From NCBI GenBank assembly GCA_963666565.1, contig OY762911.1, positions 448,001-512,000 of the forward strand: 64,000 bases of DNA, written 5' to 3'. The notes under the pieces are model-generated. The model was not told where the DNA came from, did no database searches, and saw only the letters and a program-made list of their open reading frames with translations. A program made the translations under genes and the position numbers. This document shows, one piece after another, positions 45,440 through 56,914 of the stretch. The stretch comes from Thermoanaerobaculia bacterium (GTDB lineage Bacteria; Acidobacteriota; Thermoanaerobaculia; Multivoradales; Multivoraceae). The first letter of the stretch is position 1. The number at the start of each line of letters is the position of its first letter.

Positions 45440-45467
45440 GCTGGCCGCGCCTTGCCATGATGCGGCA

Positions 45468-46862
<1,395 letters not shown>

Positions 46863-47837
46863 TCGGGGACTTCCTGGAGTACCTGGAGCTGGAGCGCAAC
46901 TGCTCCGTACACACCGTGCGCGCGTACGGCAAGGATCTTCGGACCTTCGCCGAGTTCCGCGCCGGCGGCGGCAGCCGCGACCGGGACCTGAACGACATCG
47001 ACCAGTTGCTGGTCCGGTCCTACGTCGCCTCTCTCAACCGGCGGCGGCTGGCGCGCCGCACCCAGGGCCGCCACCTGTCGGCCCTGCGCGGCCTGTTCCG
47101 CTACGCCTGCCTGATGGGCCGGATGGAGTCGAACCCCGCCGAGTCCGTGCCGACGCCGAAGATCGAGAAGACCCTGCCGCGGCACCTGCGCCCGGCCGAG
47201 ATCGACGCCCTGCTGGAGGCCCCGGCCGGCCGCGAGGGGCCGCTCGGCCTGCGGGACCGCGCGCTGCTCGAACTGCTCTACGCCTCGGGACTCCGGGTCG
47301 GCGAGCTGGTCGCCCTGAACTGGCGCGACGTCGATCTTCCCGCCAGGGTCCTGCGCGTGATCGGCAAGGGAGACCGCGAGCGGATGACGCCCTTCGGCGC
47401 GCCGGCCGCGAAGGCGCTCCGCCATTGGCTCGAGGCCTGGGAGGACCTGTTCCGGCGCCGGGCCGGCGACGCGGACCGGCACCTGGAACCGGTCTTCCTG
47501 AACCGGAACGGCGGCCGGCTCAGCGCGCGGTCCGTCCGTCGTATCATCGACCGCTACGTCGAGGAGACGGCGCAGGCGGCGGGCGCTCATCCGCACGCCC
47601 TGCGCCACAGCTTCGCGACTCACCTGCTCGAATCCGGCGCCGATCTGCGTTCCATCCAGGAACTTCTCGGCCATGCTTCGCTCTCGACCACCCAGCGCTA
47701 CATGCACGTGGACACCGGCCGCCTGCTCCAGGTCTACCGGGAGAGCCATCCGCGGGCCAAGGGTGCCTGAGCTTCCGGCCCCGAACGTGCCGGCGCCCCA
47801 TCCTGCCCCTCCAGCCAGCTAACAAGAGGATCCCCCA

Positions 47838-48662
47838 ATGAAACTCCCCTTCGCCCGCCGGACCTTCGCGTCCGCCCTGGCAGCGTCCGCGGCCGCGTGC
47901 CTGGCCGTTGCCGGCGCGGCCGCGGCCCAGGACGACCTGCGCGGCTTCCAACTCGTCGGCGACTACCAGCTCTTCCTGCAGGGACGGGAGGCGCCCGACG
48001 CCCAGCTCTACCTCTCGCGCACCGCCGGCGCCTTCCTGGTGATCGCCGACGACCTGCCTTCCCCGGTGCTGCTGAGCGCCCGCAACCAGATGACCCGCAA
48101 GGTCCAGTTGCTCAAGATCTCCCCCACCGGCGAGGACACGCTCGACCTGTTGCCCGGCGCGCTCTTCGGCCCCGCGATGGCGTTCCGGCCGATCCCCAAG
48201 GGTCTCGAGTTCGCGGTCGACGGCGTCCTGGCCCAGCTCCGGCAGCGCCCGTCCTGGGCCGGCGAAGCGACGCTCGCCGACCTCTACTCGCACGAACCCG
48301 GCTACCGCCGCGACGCCAGGTCCTACGAGGCGAACGCGGCGGCCATGGCCGAGGTGGCCGAACTCGGCGCCGGCGTCGAGGTCCGGGTGGTGTTCGGGTC
48401 CTGGTGCCACGTCTGCGAGCGGTTCATGCCGCGCGGCCTGAAGGTCCACGAGCAGCTCGAGAGCTCGCCCGTGCGGTTCACCTACTACGGACTCGGAGAC
48501 GACAACCCCTGGGGCGACGCGGAAGTGGACCGCCTGGAGGTCAAGGAACTCCCGACCGCCATCGTCTACCGGGACGGCCGGGAGATCGGCCGCTACGTCG
48601 GCGGCCCCGGCTGGACCAGTCCCGAGGTCTCCCTGCTCAACATTCTGCGCGAGAATCCGTAG
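47838..48662 (+). CDS. exported thioredoxin-fold protein
   Basis: Signal peptide; FGSWCHVC; LPT. Confidence 0.75.
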   Translation: MKLPFARRTFASALAASAAACLAVAGAAAAQDDLRGFQLVGDYQLFLQGREAPDAQLYLSRTAGAFLVIADDLPSPVLLSARNQMTRKVQLLKISPTGEDTLDLLPGALFGPAMAFRPIPKGLEFAVDGVLAQLRQRPSWAGEATLADLYSHEPGYRRDARSYEANAAAMAEVAELGAGVEVRVVFGSWCHVCERFMPRGLKVHEQLESSPVRFTYYGLGDDNPWGDAEVDRLEVKELPTAIVYRDGREIGRYVGGPGWTSPEVSLLNILRENP

Positions 48663-48711
48663 ACCAGCTTCGACCGCTCCCCGACGGTCGGCTCGGAGAG
48701 GCCAACAGACC

Positions 48712-49269
48712 ATGACCACCATCCTGCTCGTGCGCCGCGGCGGCGCCACCTGCATGGCCAGCGACGGCCAGGTCACCAACGGCGCCGCGAACACGGTGAT
48801 CAAGGCCCGGGCCCGGAAGGTCCAGCGGGCCGGCAAGGGAAACGTGCTGGTCGGTTTCGCCGGCGGCGGCGCCGACGCCCTGGCCCTCTTCTCCCGCTTC
48901 GAGGCGAAGCTCGACGAGTTCCAGGGGAACTTCGAGCGCGCGGTGGTCGAACTGGCGATGGACTGGCGGACGGACCGGGCGCTGCGCCGGCTCGAGGCGC
49001 AGATGATCGTGACCGACGGCCGCAAGAGCTTTCTCGCGATGGGCAACGGCGACCTCCTGGAACCGGACAGCGACATGCCGCTCGCCATCGGCTCGGGCGG
49101 CAACTACGCGCTCGCGGCGGCCCGCTCGCTGCTCGAGCACACCGAACTCGACGCCGAGCGGATCGCCTTGGAAGCGATGCGGATCACCGCCGACCTGTGC
49201 GTCTACACGAACGACGAAATCACCGTCGAGCGTCTCGAAGCCGGCGGAGACGGCGGAAACGGCGCATGA
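48712..49269 (+). CDS. hslV: ATP-dependent protease subunit HslV
   Basis: N-terminal TTI, DGQVT, GFAG, AIGSGG. Confidence 0.96.
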   Translation: MTTILLVRRGGATCMASDGQVTNGAANTVIKARARKVQRAGKGNVLVGFAGGGADALALFSRFEAKLDEFQGNFERAVVELAMDWRTDRALRRLEAQMIVTDGRKSFLAMGNGDLLEPDSDMPLAIGSGGNYALAAARSLLEHTELDAERIALEAMRITADLCVYTNDEITVERLEAGGDGGNGA

Positions 49270-50639
49270 CCCCGCCTCCGGCGCCGAACGCTCCGTTCGT
49301 CGAGGACCTCACGCCGCGCGAGATTGTCGCCGCGCTCGACCGCCACGTCGTCGGCCAGAAGGACGCCAAGCGCGCCGTGGCGATCGCCATGCGCAACCGC
49401 TGGCGGCGGCAGCAGCTCGACCCGGTGACCGCCGAGGACATCGCGCCCAAGAACATCCTGATGATGGGTCCCACCGGCGTCGGCAAGACGGAGATCGCGC
49501 GCCGGCTGGCCAAGCTCGCCCGCGCGCCGTTCCTCAAGATCGAGGCGAGCAAGTTCACCGAGGTCGGCTACGTCGGCCGCGACGTCGAGTCGATCGTCCG
49601 CGACCTGATGGAGCTCGCGGTGGCGATGGTCGGCGAGGAGCAGCGGACGGCGGTCGAGGCGGACGCGGCGACCCGCGCCGACGAGAGGCTGCTGCAGATC
49701 CTCGTGCCCCAGCCGCCCCAGCCGGCCGGCGAGTCGAGCGATCCCGCCGACCAGCCGGCCCCGACCGAGACCCGGGAGCGCTTCCGCCAGTGGATCGAGG
49801 AAGGGCGCCTCGACCACCGGATGGTCGAGATCGAGGTGGACGACGCCTCGCAACAGCAGTTCGAGATGTTCACTCCCCAGGGCGTCGAGGCGGTGGGCAT
49901 CAACCTGAAGGACATGCTCCCCGGCCTGTTCGGCAAGCGCAAGCGCCAGACCGTCGAAGTGCGCGAGGCGCGGGAGATCCTCAGGCGGCAGGAAGCCGAG
50001 GCGCTGATCGACCGCCACGACGTGGCCCAGGAAGCCCGCCTGCGGGTCGAACAGGCCGGCATCGTCTTCCTCGACGAGATCGACAAGGTCGCCGGCCGCA
50101 ACGGCGGCCACGGTCCCGACGTGTCGCGCGAGGGCGTCCAGCGCGATCTGCTGCCGATCGTCGAGGGGACCACGGTGACGACCAAGTACGGACCCGTCAA
50201 GACGGATCACGTCCTGTTCATCGGCGCCGGCGCGTTCCACGTGGCCAAGCCGTCCGACCTGATCCCCGAACTCCAGGGCCGCTTCCCGATCCGGGTCGAA
50301 CTCGGCGCGCTGGGCGAGGAGGAATTCGTCCGCATCCTCACCGAGCCGGACAGCGCGCTGACCACCCAGTACCGCGCGCTGCTCGGCGCCGAGGGCCTCG
50401 ACCTGACCTTCGGCGACGACGCGGTGCGGGAAGTCGCCCGGCTCGCGGTGCAGGTCAACTCCCAGACCGAGAACATCGGCGCACGCCGGCTGGCCACGCT
50501 GATGGAGCGCCTCCTCGAAGAGGTCTCCTTCGAGGCGCCGGACATGGACGGCGTGAGCCTGGCGGTCGACGCCGCCTACGTGAACCGCGCGCTCGCCGAC
50601 GTGGTGGAAGACCGCGACCTGAGCCGCTATGTGCTCTGA
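49266..50639 (+). CDS. hslU: ATP-dependent protease ATPase HslU
   Basis: GPTGVGKTE, EVGYVG, DEIDK, PELQGR, ENIGARRL. Confidence 0.97.
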   Translation: MTPPPAPNAPFVEDLTPREIVAALDRHVVGQKDAKRAVAIAMRNRWRRQQLDPVTAEDIAPKNILMMGPTGVGKTEIARRLAKLARAPFLKIEASKFTEVGYVGRDVESIVRDLMELAVAMVGEEQRTAVEADAATRADERLLQILVPQPPQPAGESSDPADQPAPTETRERFRQWIEEGRLDHRMVEIEVDDASQQQFEMFTPQGVEAVGINLKDMLPGLFGKRKRQTVEVREAREILRRQEAEALIDRHDVAQEARLRVEQAGIVFLDEIDKVAGRNGGHGPDVSREGVQRDLLPIVEGTTVTTKYGPVKTDHVLFIGAGAFHVAKPSDLIPELQGRFPIRVELGALGEEEFVRILTEPDSALTTQYRALLGAEGLDLTFGDDAVREVARLAVQVNSQTENIGARRLATLMERLLEEVSFEAPDMDGVSLAVDAAYVNRALADVVEDRDLSRYVL

Positions 50640-50886
50640 AGCGGGCAGCCGCCGTCCGTTTGGAACCGCCGCGCCCGCGGTCGTCCTGGTCGCGCTCCTG
50701 GCCTGCCTGGGGTGCGGGCTGAAGGGCGACCCTCTGCCTCCGCTGCGCCCGCCCGAGCCAGCCGAGGAAGAGGTTCCGGCCGGGACGGAGGACGCGAGCG
50801 AGGCCAGCGCCGAGGACGACGAGAACGCCGAGAGCGAGGACGGCGACGGCGGGGAGGACGGCAGCGGCGCCAAGGGTCCGGCATGA
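50629..50886 (+). CDS. small lipoprotein (LppL/LptM-like)
   Basis: LGCGLKGDPLPP lipobox motif, acidic tail, next to dapF. Confidence 0.7.
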   Translation: MCSEAGSRRPFGTAAPAVVLVALLACLGCGLKGDPLPPLRPPEPAEEEVPAGTEDASEASAEDDENAESEDGDGGEDGSGAKGPA

Positions 50887-51746
50887 CCGGGCAGGGCGGC
50901 ACGCCGTTCTTCTTCGTGTCCGGCGCGGGCAACGACTTCATCGCCCTCCTCGAGCAGCCGGCGCCCGAGCCGGAGACGATCAGGGCGTGGTGCCGGCGAG
51001 GGGCGTCGGTCGGCGCCGACGGGCTCTTCACCCTGCGCCGGGTCGCCACGGACCGCTACGCCCTCGACTACGCGAACGCCGACGGCGCCCGCGCGGCCCT
51101 GTGCCTGAACGCCGCCCGCTGTGCCGCCCGCCTGGCCTTCCAGCAGGAACCGCGCGCCGAACGGCTGACGATCGAGACCGGCGCCGGCGCCCTGGTCGCC
51201 GAGCCGGTCGACGACTCGCGCACTGCCATCATCGTGCCGGCAACGGCTGCCGGCCGCGCGATGACGCTGCACGCGGGCGCCCGTGACCACCCGGGCCGCC
51301 GGATCGACGCCGGTGTCCCCCACTTCGTGCTGGGGTGGCCCGGCGACCTGGACGAGGCGCCGGTCGCCTCGCTCGGCCCGGAACTGCGCGCGCACCCGGA
51401 CCTGGGGCCGGAAGGCGCGAACGTCCACTTCGTCGTGTTCGACTCGCCCGGACGCTTCCGCATCCGCTCCTTCGAGCGCGGCGTGGAAGCCGAGACCCTC
51501 GCCTGCGGCACCGGCGTCGTGGCGGCGGCCGCCTGCGGGATCGCCGAGGGCCGGCTCGCGCTGCCGGTCGCGGCCGAGACCCGCGGCGGCTTCGAGCTGC
51601 GCTTGGAGGCCGCGCCGGACGGACCGGACGGGAACGGCCGCTGGCGCCTGTCCGGCGACGCCAGGATCGTCGCCAGCGGCCGCATCGCCGGCGACGCGGC
51701 CGCGCGCGCGAGGTCCTCGCGGGAGTCCCCGCCCGGCGTTCCCTGA
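50883..51746 (+). CDS. dapF: diaminopimelate epimerase
   Basis: GAGNDF, GADG, CLNAARC, GVPH, FERGVEAETLACGTG. Confidence 0.92.
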   Translation: MTGQGGTPFFFVSGAGNDFIALLEQPAPEPETIRAWCRRGASVGADGLFTLRRVATDRYALDYANADGARAALCLNAARCAARLAFQQEPRAERLTIETGAGALVAEPVDDSRTAIIVPATAAGRAMTLHAGARDHPGRRIDAGVPHFVLGWPGDLDEAPVASLGPELRAHPDLGPEGANVHFVVFDSPGRFRIRSFERGVEAETLACGTGVVAAAACGIAEGRLALPVAAETRGGFELRLEAAPDGPDGNGRWRLSGDARIVASGRIAGDAAARARSSRESPPGVP

Positions 51747-51833
51747 GACGGCGTCCGGCCGGCGGCAACCGGGCGCGTCCGGACGGCCCAACCCGCCGCG
51801 TCCTGGCCGCGACCGGCTGCTACCCTCCGCGCC

Positions 51834-53051
51834 ATGAGCAGCTTCCCGCCAGTCGACGAGCAGATGGAACTGCTGCTGCGCGGGGCCGTCGACGTCGTCG
51901 AAGAAGAGGCGCTGCGCCTCCGGCTCGAGGACTCGCGCCGGCGGAACCGCCCTCTGCTGGTCAAGCTCGGCTTCGACCCCACCGCGCCCGATCTGCACCT
52001 GGGTCACACGGTGCCGCTGCGCAAGATGGCGCACTTCCAGCAACTCGGACACCGGGTCCTGTTCCTGGTCGGCGACTTCACGGCCATGATCGGCGACCCG
52101 ACCGGCAAGAAGGCCACCCGCCCGCAGCTCTCGCGCGACCAGGTCCTGGCCAACGCCGAGACCTACCAGGAGCAGGCCTGGAAGGTGCTCGACCGGGAGC
52201 GGACCGAGATCCTCCACAACAGCGAGTGGCTCTCCAAGCTGGGCGCCGAGGGCCTCATCCGGCTTGCCGGTTCCTACACCCTGGCCCGCATGATGGAACG
52301 CGAGGACTTCCGCGCCCGGTTCGAGAACCACGAACCGATCTCGATCCACGAGCTGCTCTATCCCCTCACCCAGGGCTACGACTCCGTCGTCCTGGAGGCC
52401 GACGTCGAACTCGGCGGACACGACCAGTTGCTCAACCTCCTGGTCGGCCGCGACCTGATGCGCGCCCGCGGCATGGAACCCCAGATCGCGCTCACCGTGC
52501 CGCTCCTGGTCGGCACCGACGGCGCGCAGAAGATGTCGAAGAGCCTCGGCAACGCGATCGCCCTGGACGACTCGCCCCGCGAGACGTTCGGCCGCACAAT
52601 GTCGATCCCCGACGACCTCATGTGGGACTGGCGGCTGCTGCTCACCGACCTGGACCAGGCGGAGATCGATCGCCAGCGAGCCGCGGTGCGTGGCGGTCAG
52701 GCGAACCCCCGCGATCTGAAGGCCGACCTCGCCCACGAACTGGTGCACCGTTTCCACGGCCCGGCGGCCGCGGACGAAGCCCGAGCCGAGTTCGACCGCA
52801 TGTTCCGCCGCGGCGGCGTGCCCGACGAGATCGAGACCCGTGCCGTCCCGGCTGGCCAGGCTCTCTTCGCCACGATCGCCGACGCCGGTCTTGCCGGCAG
52901 CAAGGCCGAAGCCCGTCGCCTGATCCAGCAAGGCGCCGTCCGCCTCGACGGCGAAAAGGTCCTCGACCCCTTCCTTCCGCTTCCGGCCACCTCCGAGGCC
53001 ATGCTGCTCAAGGTCGGCAAGCGCCGCTTCCTGAACGTCAGGCCCGGCTGA
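51834..53051 (+). CDS. tyrS: tyrosine--tRNA ligase
   Basis: GFDPTAPDLHLGH, QGYD, KMSKS, C-terminal S4. Confidence 0.97.
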   Translation: MSSFPPVDEQMELLLRGAVDVVEEEALRLRLEDSRRRNRPLLVKLGFDPTAPDLHLGHTVPLRKMAHFQQLGHRVLFLVGDFTAMIGDPTGKKATRPQLSRDQVLANAETYQEQAWKVLDRERTEILHNSEWLSKLGAEGLIRLAGSYTLARMMEREDFRARFENHEPISIHELLYPLTQGYDSVVLEADVELGGHDQLLNLLVGRDLMRARGMEPQIALTVPLLVGTDGAQKMSKSLGNAIALDDSPRETFGRTMSIPDDLMWDWRLLLTDLDQAEIDRQRAAVRGGQANPRDLKADLAHELVHRFHGPAAADEARAEFDRMFRRGGVPDEIETRAVPAGQALFATIADAGLAGSKAEARRLIQQGAVRLDGEKVLDPFLPLPATSEAMLLKVGKRRFLNVRPG

Positions 53052-53053
53052 CC

Positions 53054-53368
53054 GTGCCGCAGCCTGAGCCCCGCCCGGATCCGCAGCCCCGGCAAATCAC
53101 GGAGACCGAGCCCGATCTGCCGCCGCTGGGGGTCGGGGTACGCATTCTCCTGTTCGCCCTGGGCACGTTCCTGGTCCTCTTCGGCCTGATCTTCGGCCCG
53201 TTGCCTCTCATCCCCGCCATCGTCCTCGTCCCTGCGGGCGTGGCTCTGCTTTCGCTCGCCAGCAACCGGCTGAACCGCCGCCTCCGCGCCTTCGTCCTCC
53301 GCCGCTGGCCCAACGCCTGGCACCGAATCCAGCGCCTCCGCGCTTGGCTGCACCGCCGCCTGAGCTGA
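53054..53368 (+). CDS. small membrane protein (PGPGW-like)
   Basis: Two hydrophobic helices and basic tail in tail of ORF 51335..53368. Confidence 0.6.
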   Translation: MPQPEPRPDPQPRQITETEPDLPPLGVGVRILLFALGTFLVLFGLIFGPLPLIPAIVLVPAGVALLSLASNRLNRRLRAFVLRRWPNAWHRIQRLRAWLHRRLS

Positions 53369-54261
53369 TGGCGCCGACGGATCCCGAGCGGGATCTCGCG
53401 GAAGACCGGAGTCGGGGATTCAGGCAGTCGCCCTGATGCACCGGGTCTCGGCTCCTACTCTCGCCTCCACTCCGCGTGAATGGTGCAGGCCGAGATCGTG
53501 ATACTTCGTACGGTGATCTTCGCGTCTGACCGGTCGATGGCCACCGTGGCCACAACACGGTCTCCGACGCAACAGTCGATCTTGGGCGCGTCGGAGTCGA
53601 AGGAAGCCAGTGGCTCCCGCTGAATCGAGTCGAAGATACTCGTGGGAATCTCGACTAGCTGATAGCGGGTGGGCACCTCATTGACCTCGCGCCGGAACGC
53701 TCGCAGCACCACGATGTGGCTGACTGCCTCCTGATACTCGCGGAAGAGCTTCTTCGTTCTGGTCCGGCGAGCTTTGGCCGTGCGTGCGTCCTGGATCCAA
53801 GCGGCCTCAGTCAGCTTCGAAATGTGCAGGGTTCTCTCAGAAAGGCCTCGTGCTGCGGTCGATTTGAGAGAGAGTCGCCTCTCCGCTTCTCCTGGCGGTT
53901 CTACGACCAAGTCGAGGAACCTTCGAGTGCTCGACCCCGGCGGGTCCATGGCCCACTGAACGTGTCCGCATGCGTTCCTGAAGACGGCCTCGAATCCACG
54001 GAGTGCCAACGGCTCCGTAGTCGCGCTGTGGTGAACCGAAAGTGCGAGACCGAAGTACTCGATCCAGGCTGGCATACCCGTGAGCCACGTCCCATGCTCC
54101 CGGATGTCGGCGCTGGGCGGATTCGAGAGCGAGTCCACCACTCTAGCGACGAACTCGATCTGCACGGGCGAGAAGGCGTCCAACTTCCCTCTCTGCCAAC
54201 GTACGTGACACAGCGGGCATCCCGTTGAATAGTGGAGGGCACACGTTGGCAAGGAGGATCG

Positions 54262-54747
54262 ATGGCGAGACGAGAGCAGAGACGTTGGGGTGGCCCGGAG
54301 CTCCCGGCCCCGGGGGGTGAGGAGCGGAGCGACGAGGCCCCCGGGGCCGGCGCGTCGCCCGCGGGGGGTGTTCCCGACCCGGAGGTCGTGGCGAAGCCGA
54401 CCAGACGGCAGTTCACGGCGGAGTACCGTCTGCGGATTCTGGAGGAGGCGGACCGATGCACGGACCGCGGCGAAGTGGGCCGGCTGCTTCGGCGAGAGGG
54501 TCTGTACAGCTCGCACCTGGCCAACTGGCGCAAGGCGCGGCGCGAGGGCGCGCTTTCCGGTCTGCGGCGGAAGAAGCGGGGCCGCAAGCCGACCGAGGCC
54601 AACCCTCTGGCGCCGAAGGTGAAGCGGCTGGAGGCCAAGGTGAAGCGGCTGGAGAGGGAGCTCGCCGCCGCCCACACGATCCTGGACGTGCAGGGAAAAG
54701 TTGCAGGGCTGCTGGGATTCAGCCTCGAAGACGGGAAGGACTGCTGA
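54262..54747 (+). CDS. IS3-family transposase OrfA
   Basis: RRQFTAEYRLRILEEAD, LLRREGLYSSHL, coiled coil; AGGAGG RBS; G GGA AAA slippery site at 54693-54699. Confidence 0.9.
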   Translation: MARREQRRWGGPELPAPGGEERSDEAPGAGASPAGGVPDPEVVAKPTRRQFTAEYRLRILEEADRCTDRGEVGRLLRREGLYSSHLANWRKARREGALSGLRRKKRGRKPTEANPLAPKVKRLEAKVKRLERELAAAHTILDVQGKVAGLLGFSLEDGKDC

Positions 54748-55745
54748 TGGCGGCCCGGTCCCTGGCAAGCAAGGTCGGCGTCGCGCCGGCGTGCCGGGCG
54801 CTGGGCGTGTCGCGATCGACGTTCTACCGTAGGGCGAGGCCCGCTCCCGGGCGCCAGCTGCCCCGACCCGCGCCCGCCCGGGCGCTGAGCGAGATCGAGC
54901 GGGAGCGGGTCCAGGCGACGCTCGCGTCTCCCCGGTTCGTGGATCGCTCGCCGGCGGAGGTGGTAGCGACGCTGCTGGACGAGGGCCGGTACCTGTGCTC
55001 GGAACGCACGATGTACCGCATCCTGAGCGCGAACGGGGAGGTGAAGGACCGTCGCAACCAGCGGGTCCACCCGCCCTACGCCAAGCCGGAGTTGGTCGCC
55101 ACCGCGCCCAACCAGGTGTGGTCGTGGGACATCACCAGGCTGCTCGGCCCGCGGCCCTGGAGCTACTACTACCTCTACGTCCTGCTCGACCTTTTCAGCC
55201 GCTACGCGGTCGGCTGGATGGTTGCCGACCGCGAGAATGCCGCGCTCGCCCAGAGGCTCATCGAGGAGACCTGCCTCAAGCACGGCGTGAAACCCTCGGT
55301 GCTCACCCTGCACTCCGACCGGGGCGCGCCCATGACCAGCCAGGGTACCGCCCAACTGCTCGCCCGCCTCGGCGTGAACCGATCCCTGGGCCGACCTCGC
55401 GTCAGCGACGACAACCCCTTCTCCGAAGCCCAGTTCAAGACCCTGAAGTACCACCCCGGCTTTCCCGACCGCTTCCCCGACCAGGACGCGGCGACCGGCT
55501 ACTGCAGGTCCTTCTTCCCCTGGTACAACACCGAGCACCGGCATGCCGGCATCGCCATGCTGACTCCGGAGACCGTCCACTACGGCCGGGCCCAAGCCGC
55601 GATCGAACAGCGCCAGCGAGCGCTGAGCGCCGCCTGGAGACGCCACCCGGAACGATTCGTCGGCGGCGAGCCGATGCACCAACCCCTGCCTCAGGCCGTC
55701 TGGATCAACAAGCCGAGCCCCGAAGCATCGGAGATGGCTCAGTAA
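54747..55745 (+). CDS. IS3-family DDE transposase OrfB
   Basis: WSWDIT, DLFSRY, HSDRG, DNPFSEAQFKTLKY, YNTEHRH. Confidence 0.93.
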   Translation: MAARSLASKVGVAPACRALGVSRSTFYRRARPAPGRQLPRPAPARALSEIERERVQATLASPRFVDRSPAEVVATLLDEGRYLCSERTMYRILSANGEVKDRRNQRVHPPYAKPELVATAPNQVWSWDITRLLGPRPWSYYYLYVLLDLFSRYAVGWMVADRENAALAQRLIEETCLKHGVKPSVLTLHSDRGAPMTSQGTAQLLARLGVNRSLGRPRVSDDNPFSEAQFKTLKYHPGFPDRFPDQDAATGYCRSFFPWYNTEHRHAGIAMLTPETVHYGRAQAAIEQRQRALSAAWRRHPERFVGGEPMHQPLPQAVWINKPSPEASEMAQ

Positions 55746-55808
55746 ATCCGAGAAGCCCCTGTGTCAAACTCGTTGACAGGTTCCGCTTCGCCTTCAGATC
55801 GTCGAGCC

Positions 55809-56759
55809 TCACAATCGGCCCACTCGATGCTCGATCAGATCGACGAAGGAGGGCTTTATCTCTACACCGACCCACCGCCGGCCCAGCTCACCCGCTGCCA
55901 GAAGGGTTGTCCCCGCTCCGGCATAGGGATCAAGAACAACGCCATCCCCGGTGCTGGTTATGGCTAGACACCTCCTTGCTAGCGACATGGGCATCATGGC
56001 GGGGTGATCGTCATCCCAGCCGCTCGACCGCCGTACCGGCTCAGTGGGCAATTGCCACACGCTTCTCAGACGTCGGCCCCCCGGGCCTTGAACGGCCTTG
56101 GCGTCGTAGAAGTAGTCCTTGTCCTTCGACAGGAGGAAGACTGTCTCGTGGGCCTTCGTTGGACGATCGCGGACCGACTCCGGGTGGGCGTTCGGCTTGT
56201 ACCAGATGACTTCACTGCGAATCCACCATCCGGCAGCTTGAAGAGCCAACGCCAGCCGCCAAGGTACGCCGATCAAGTCCTTGGGCTTCAGGCCTTCGGG
56301 TGTCGGTGGACGTACCTGCATGGCGCGGGCACGGTTCTTTCGATCCGGTGCTCTGTACCTGCGATTCCCCGACGTGTAGGAATCCCCAACATTAAGCCAA
56401 ACCGTGCCTTCCTTCCGAAGGACGCGCCTGACTTGTTCGAACGTGCTGACGATACTCTCAACGTAGGAATCGAGCCGGTCGTTCCTTCCGATCTGATTCT
56501 CGACCTTGTAGTCTCGAAGAGACCAGTACGGCGGGGATGTGAGGACAGTCTGTATGGAGCAGTCGGGCAACAGGGCCAGCGCTTCTTCGGCGTCTCCGCA
56601 TAGCAGAAGAGACTCCCGCAGCTCACGGAAGCGTCCCCTCTTGAGGTCATCGACCCGCACGTAGCCGGGCTCTGGATGCAACCTTAGCTGGCTGTGACGG
56701 GACCGGGAACCCACTGTCTGGCGTACCGGTCGGGGCGGCTGCAGTGCGGTCTCGGTCAT
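55809..56759 (-). CDS. site-specific DNA methyltransferase, N4-cytosine beta class (M.SmaI-like)
   Basis: TSPPYW, KPKDLIGVPWRLA, WYKPN..PESVRDRPT, HPA, VLDPYAGAGTT; GTGA overlap with endonuclease. Confidence 0.9.
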   Translation of the reverse strand: MTETALQPPRPVRQTVGSRSRHSQLRLHPEPGYVRVDDLKRGRFRELRESLLLCGDAEEALALLPDCSIQTVLTSPPYWSLRDYKVENQIGRNDRLDSYVESIVSTFEQVRRVLRKEGTVWLNVGDSYTSGNRRYRAPDRKNRARAMQVRPPTPEGLKPKDLIGVPWRLALALQAAGWWIRSEVIWYKPNAHPESVRDRPTKAHETVFLLSKDKDYFYDAKAVQGPGGRRLRSVWQLPTEPVRRSSGWDDDHPAMMPMSLARRCLAITSTGDGVVLDPYAGAGTTLLAAGELGRRWVGVEIKPSFVDLIEHRVGRL

Positions 56760-56870
56760 GCCGCTTGTCCCGATGAGGTCCTTGCTCCGCAACCGCTCGC
56801 CGTTCATCCCGGTGACGACTTCCGTCATCCGGTGCATCGTATCAAGCTCTCCCAGGTTGCGGCTGCCGGC
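56760..56870 (-). pseudogene. IS1595-family transposase C-terminal remnant
   Basis: GSRNLGELDTMHRMTEVVTGMNGERLRSKDLI resembles IS1595 tails (GRHNxRxxDTxxxM...GMxGKRLRYxDL). Confidence 0.6.
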
Positions 56871-56914
56871 GATCCGGGCTCGTGGCGGTTCGTGAGCTTC
56901 CAACTCGGCAGGTA

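Larger units (their letters stand above)
54188..55785 (+). mobile_element. IS3-family insertion sequence
   Basis: CTTC duplicated at 54184-54187 and 55786-55789; inverted repeats TGCCAACGTACGTGACAC / GTGTCAAACTCGTTGACA; orfA and orfB. Confidence 0.9.
53455..55812 (-). pseudogene. SmaI-like type II restriction endonuclease interrupted by IS3 element
   Basis: MRLDDLKAK (55812-55786) joins in frame to LDAFSPVQ... (54183-53455); motifs HH..T..L, LK..AA....HISK, YQLVEIP, C.IH..W resemble R.SmaI as recalled. Confidence 0.75.

Noticed and set aside
51750-51818. Degenerate ~23-bp tandem units (gcgtcc...caacc) between dapF and tyrS
   Set aside because: Too short and divergent to separate from chance in GC-rich DNA.
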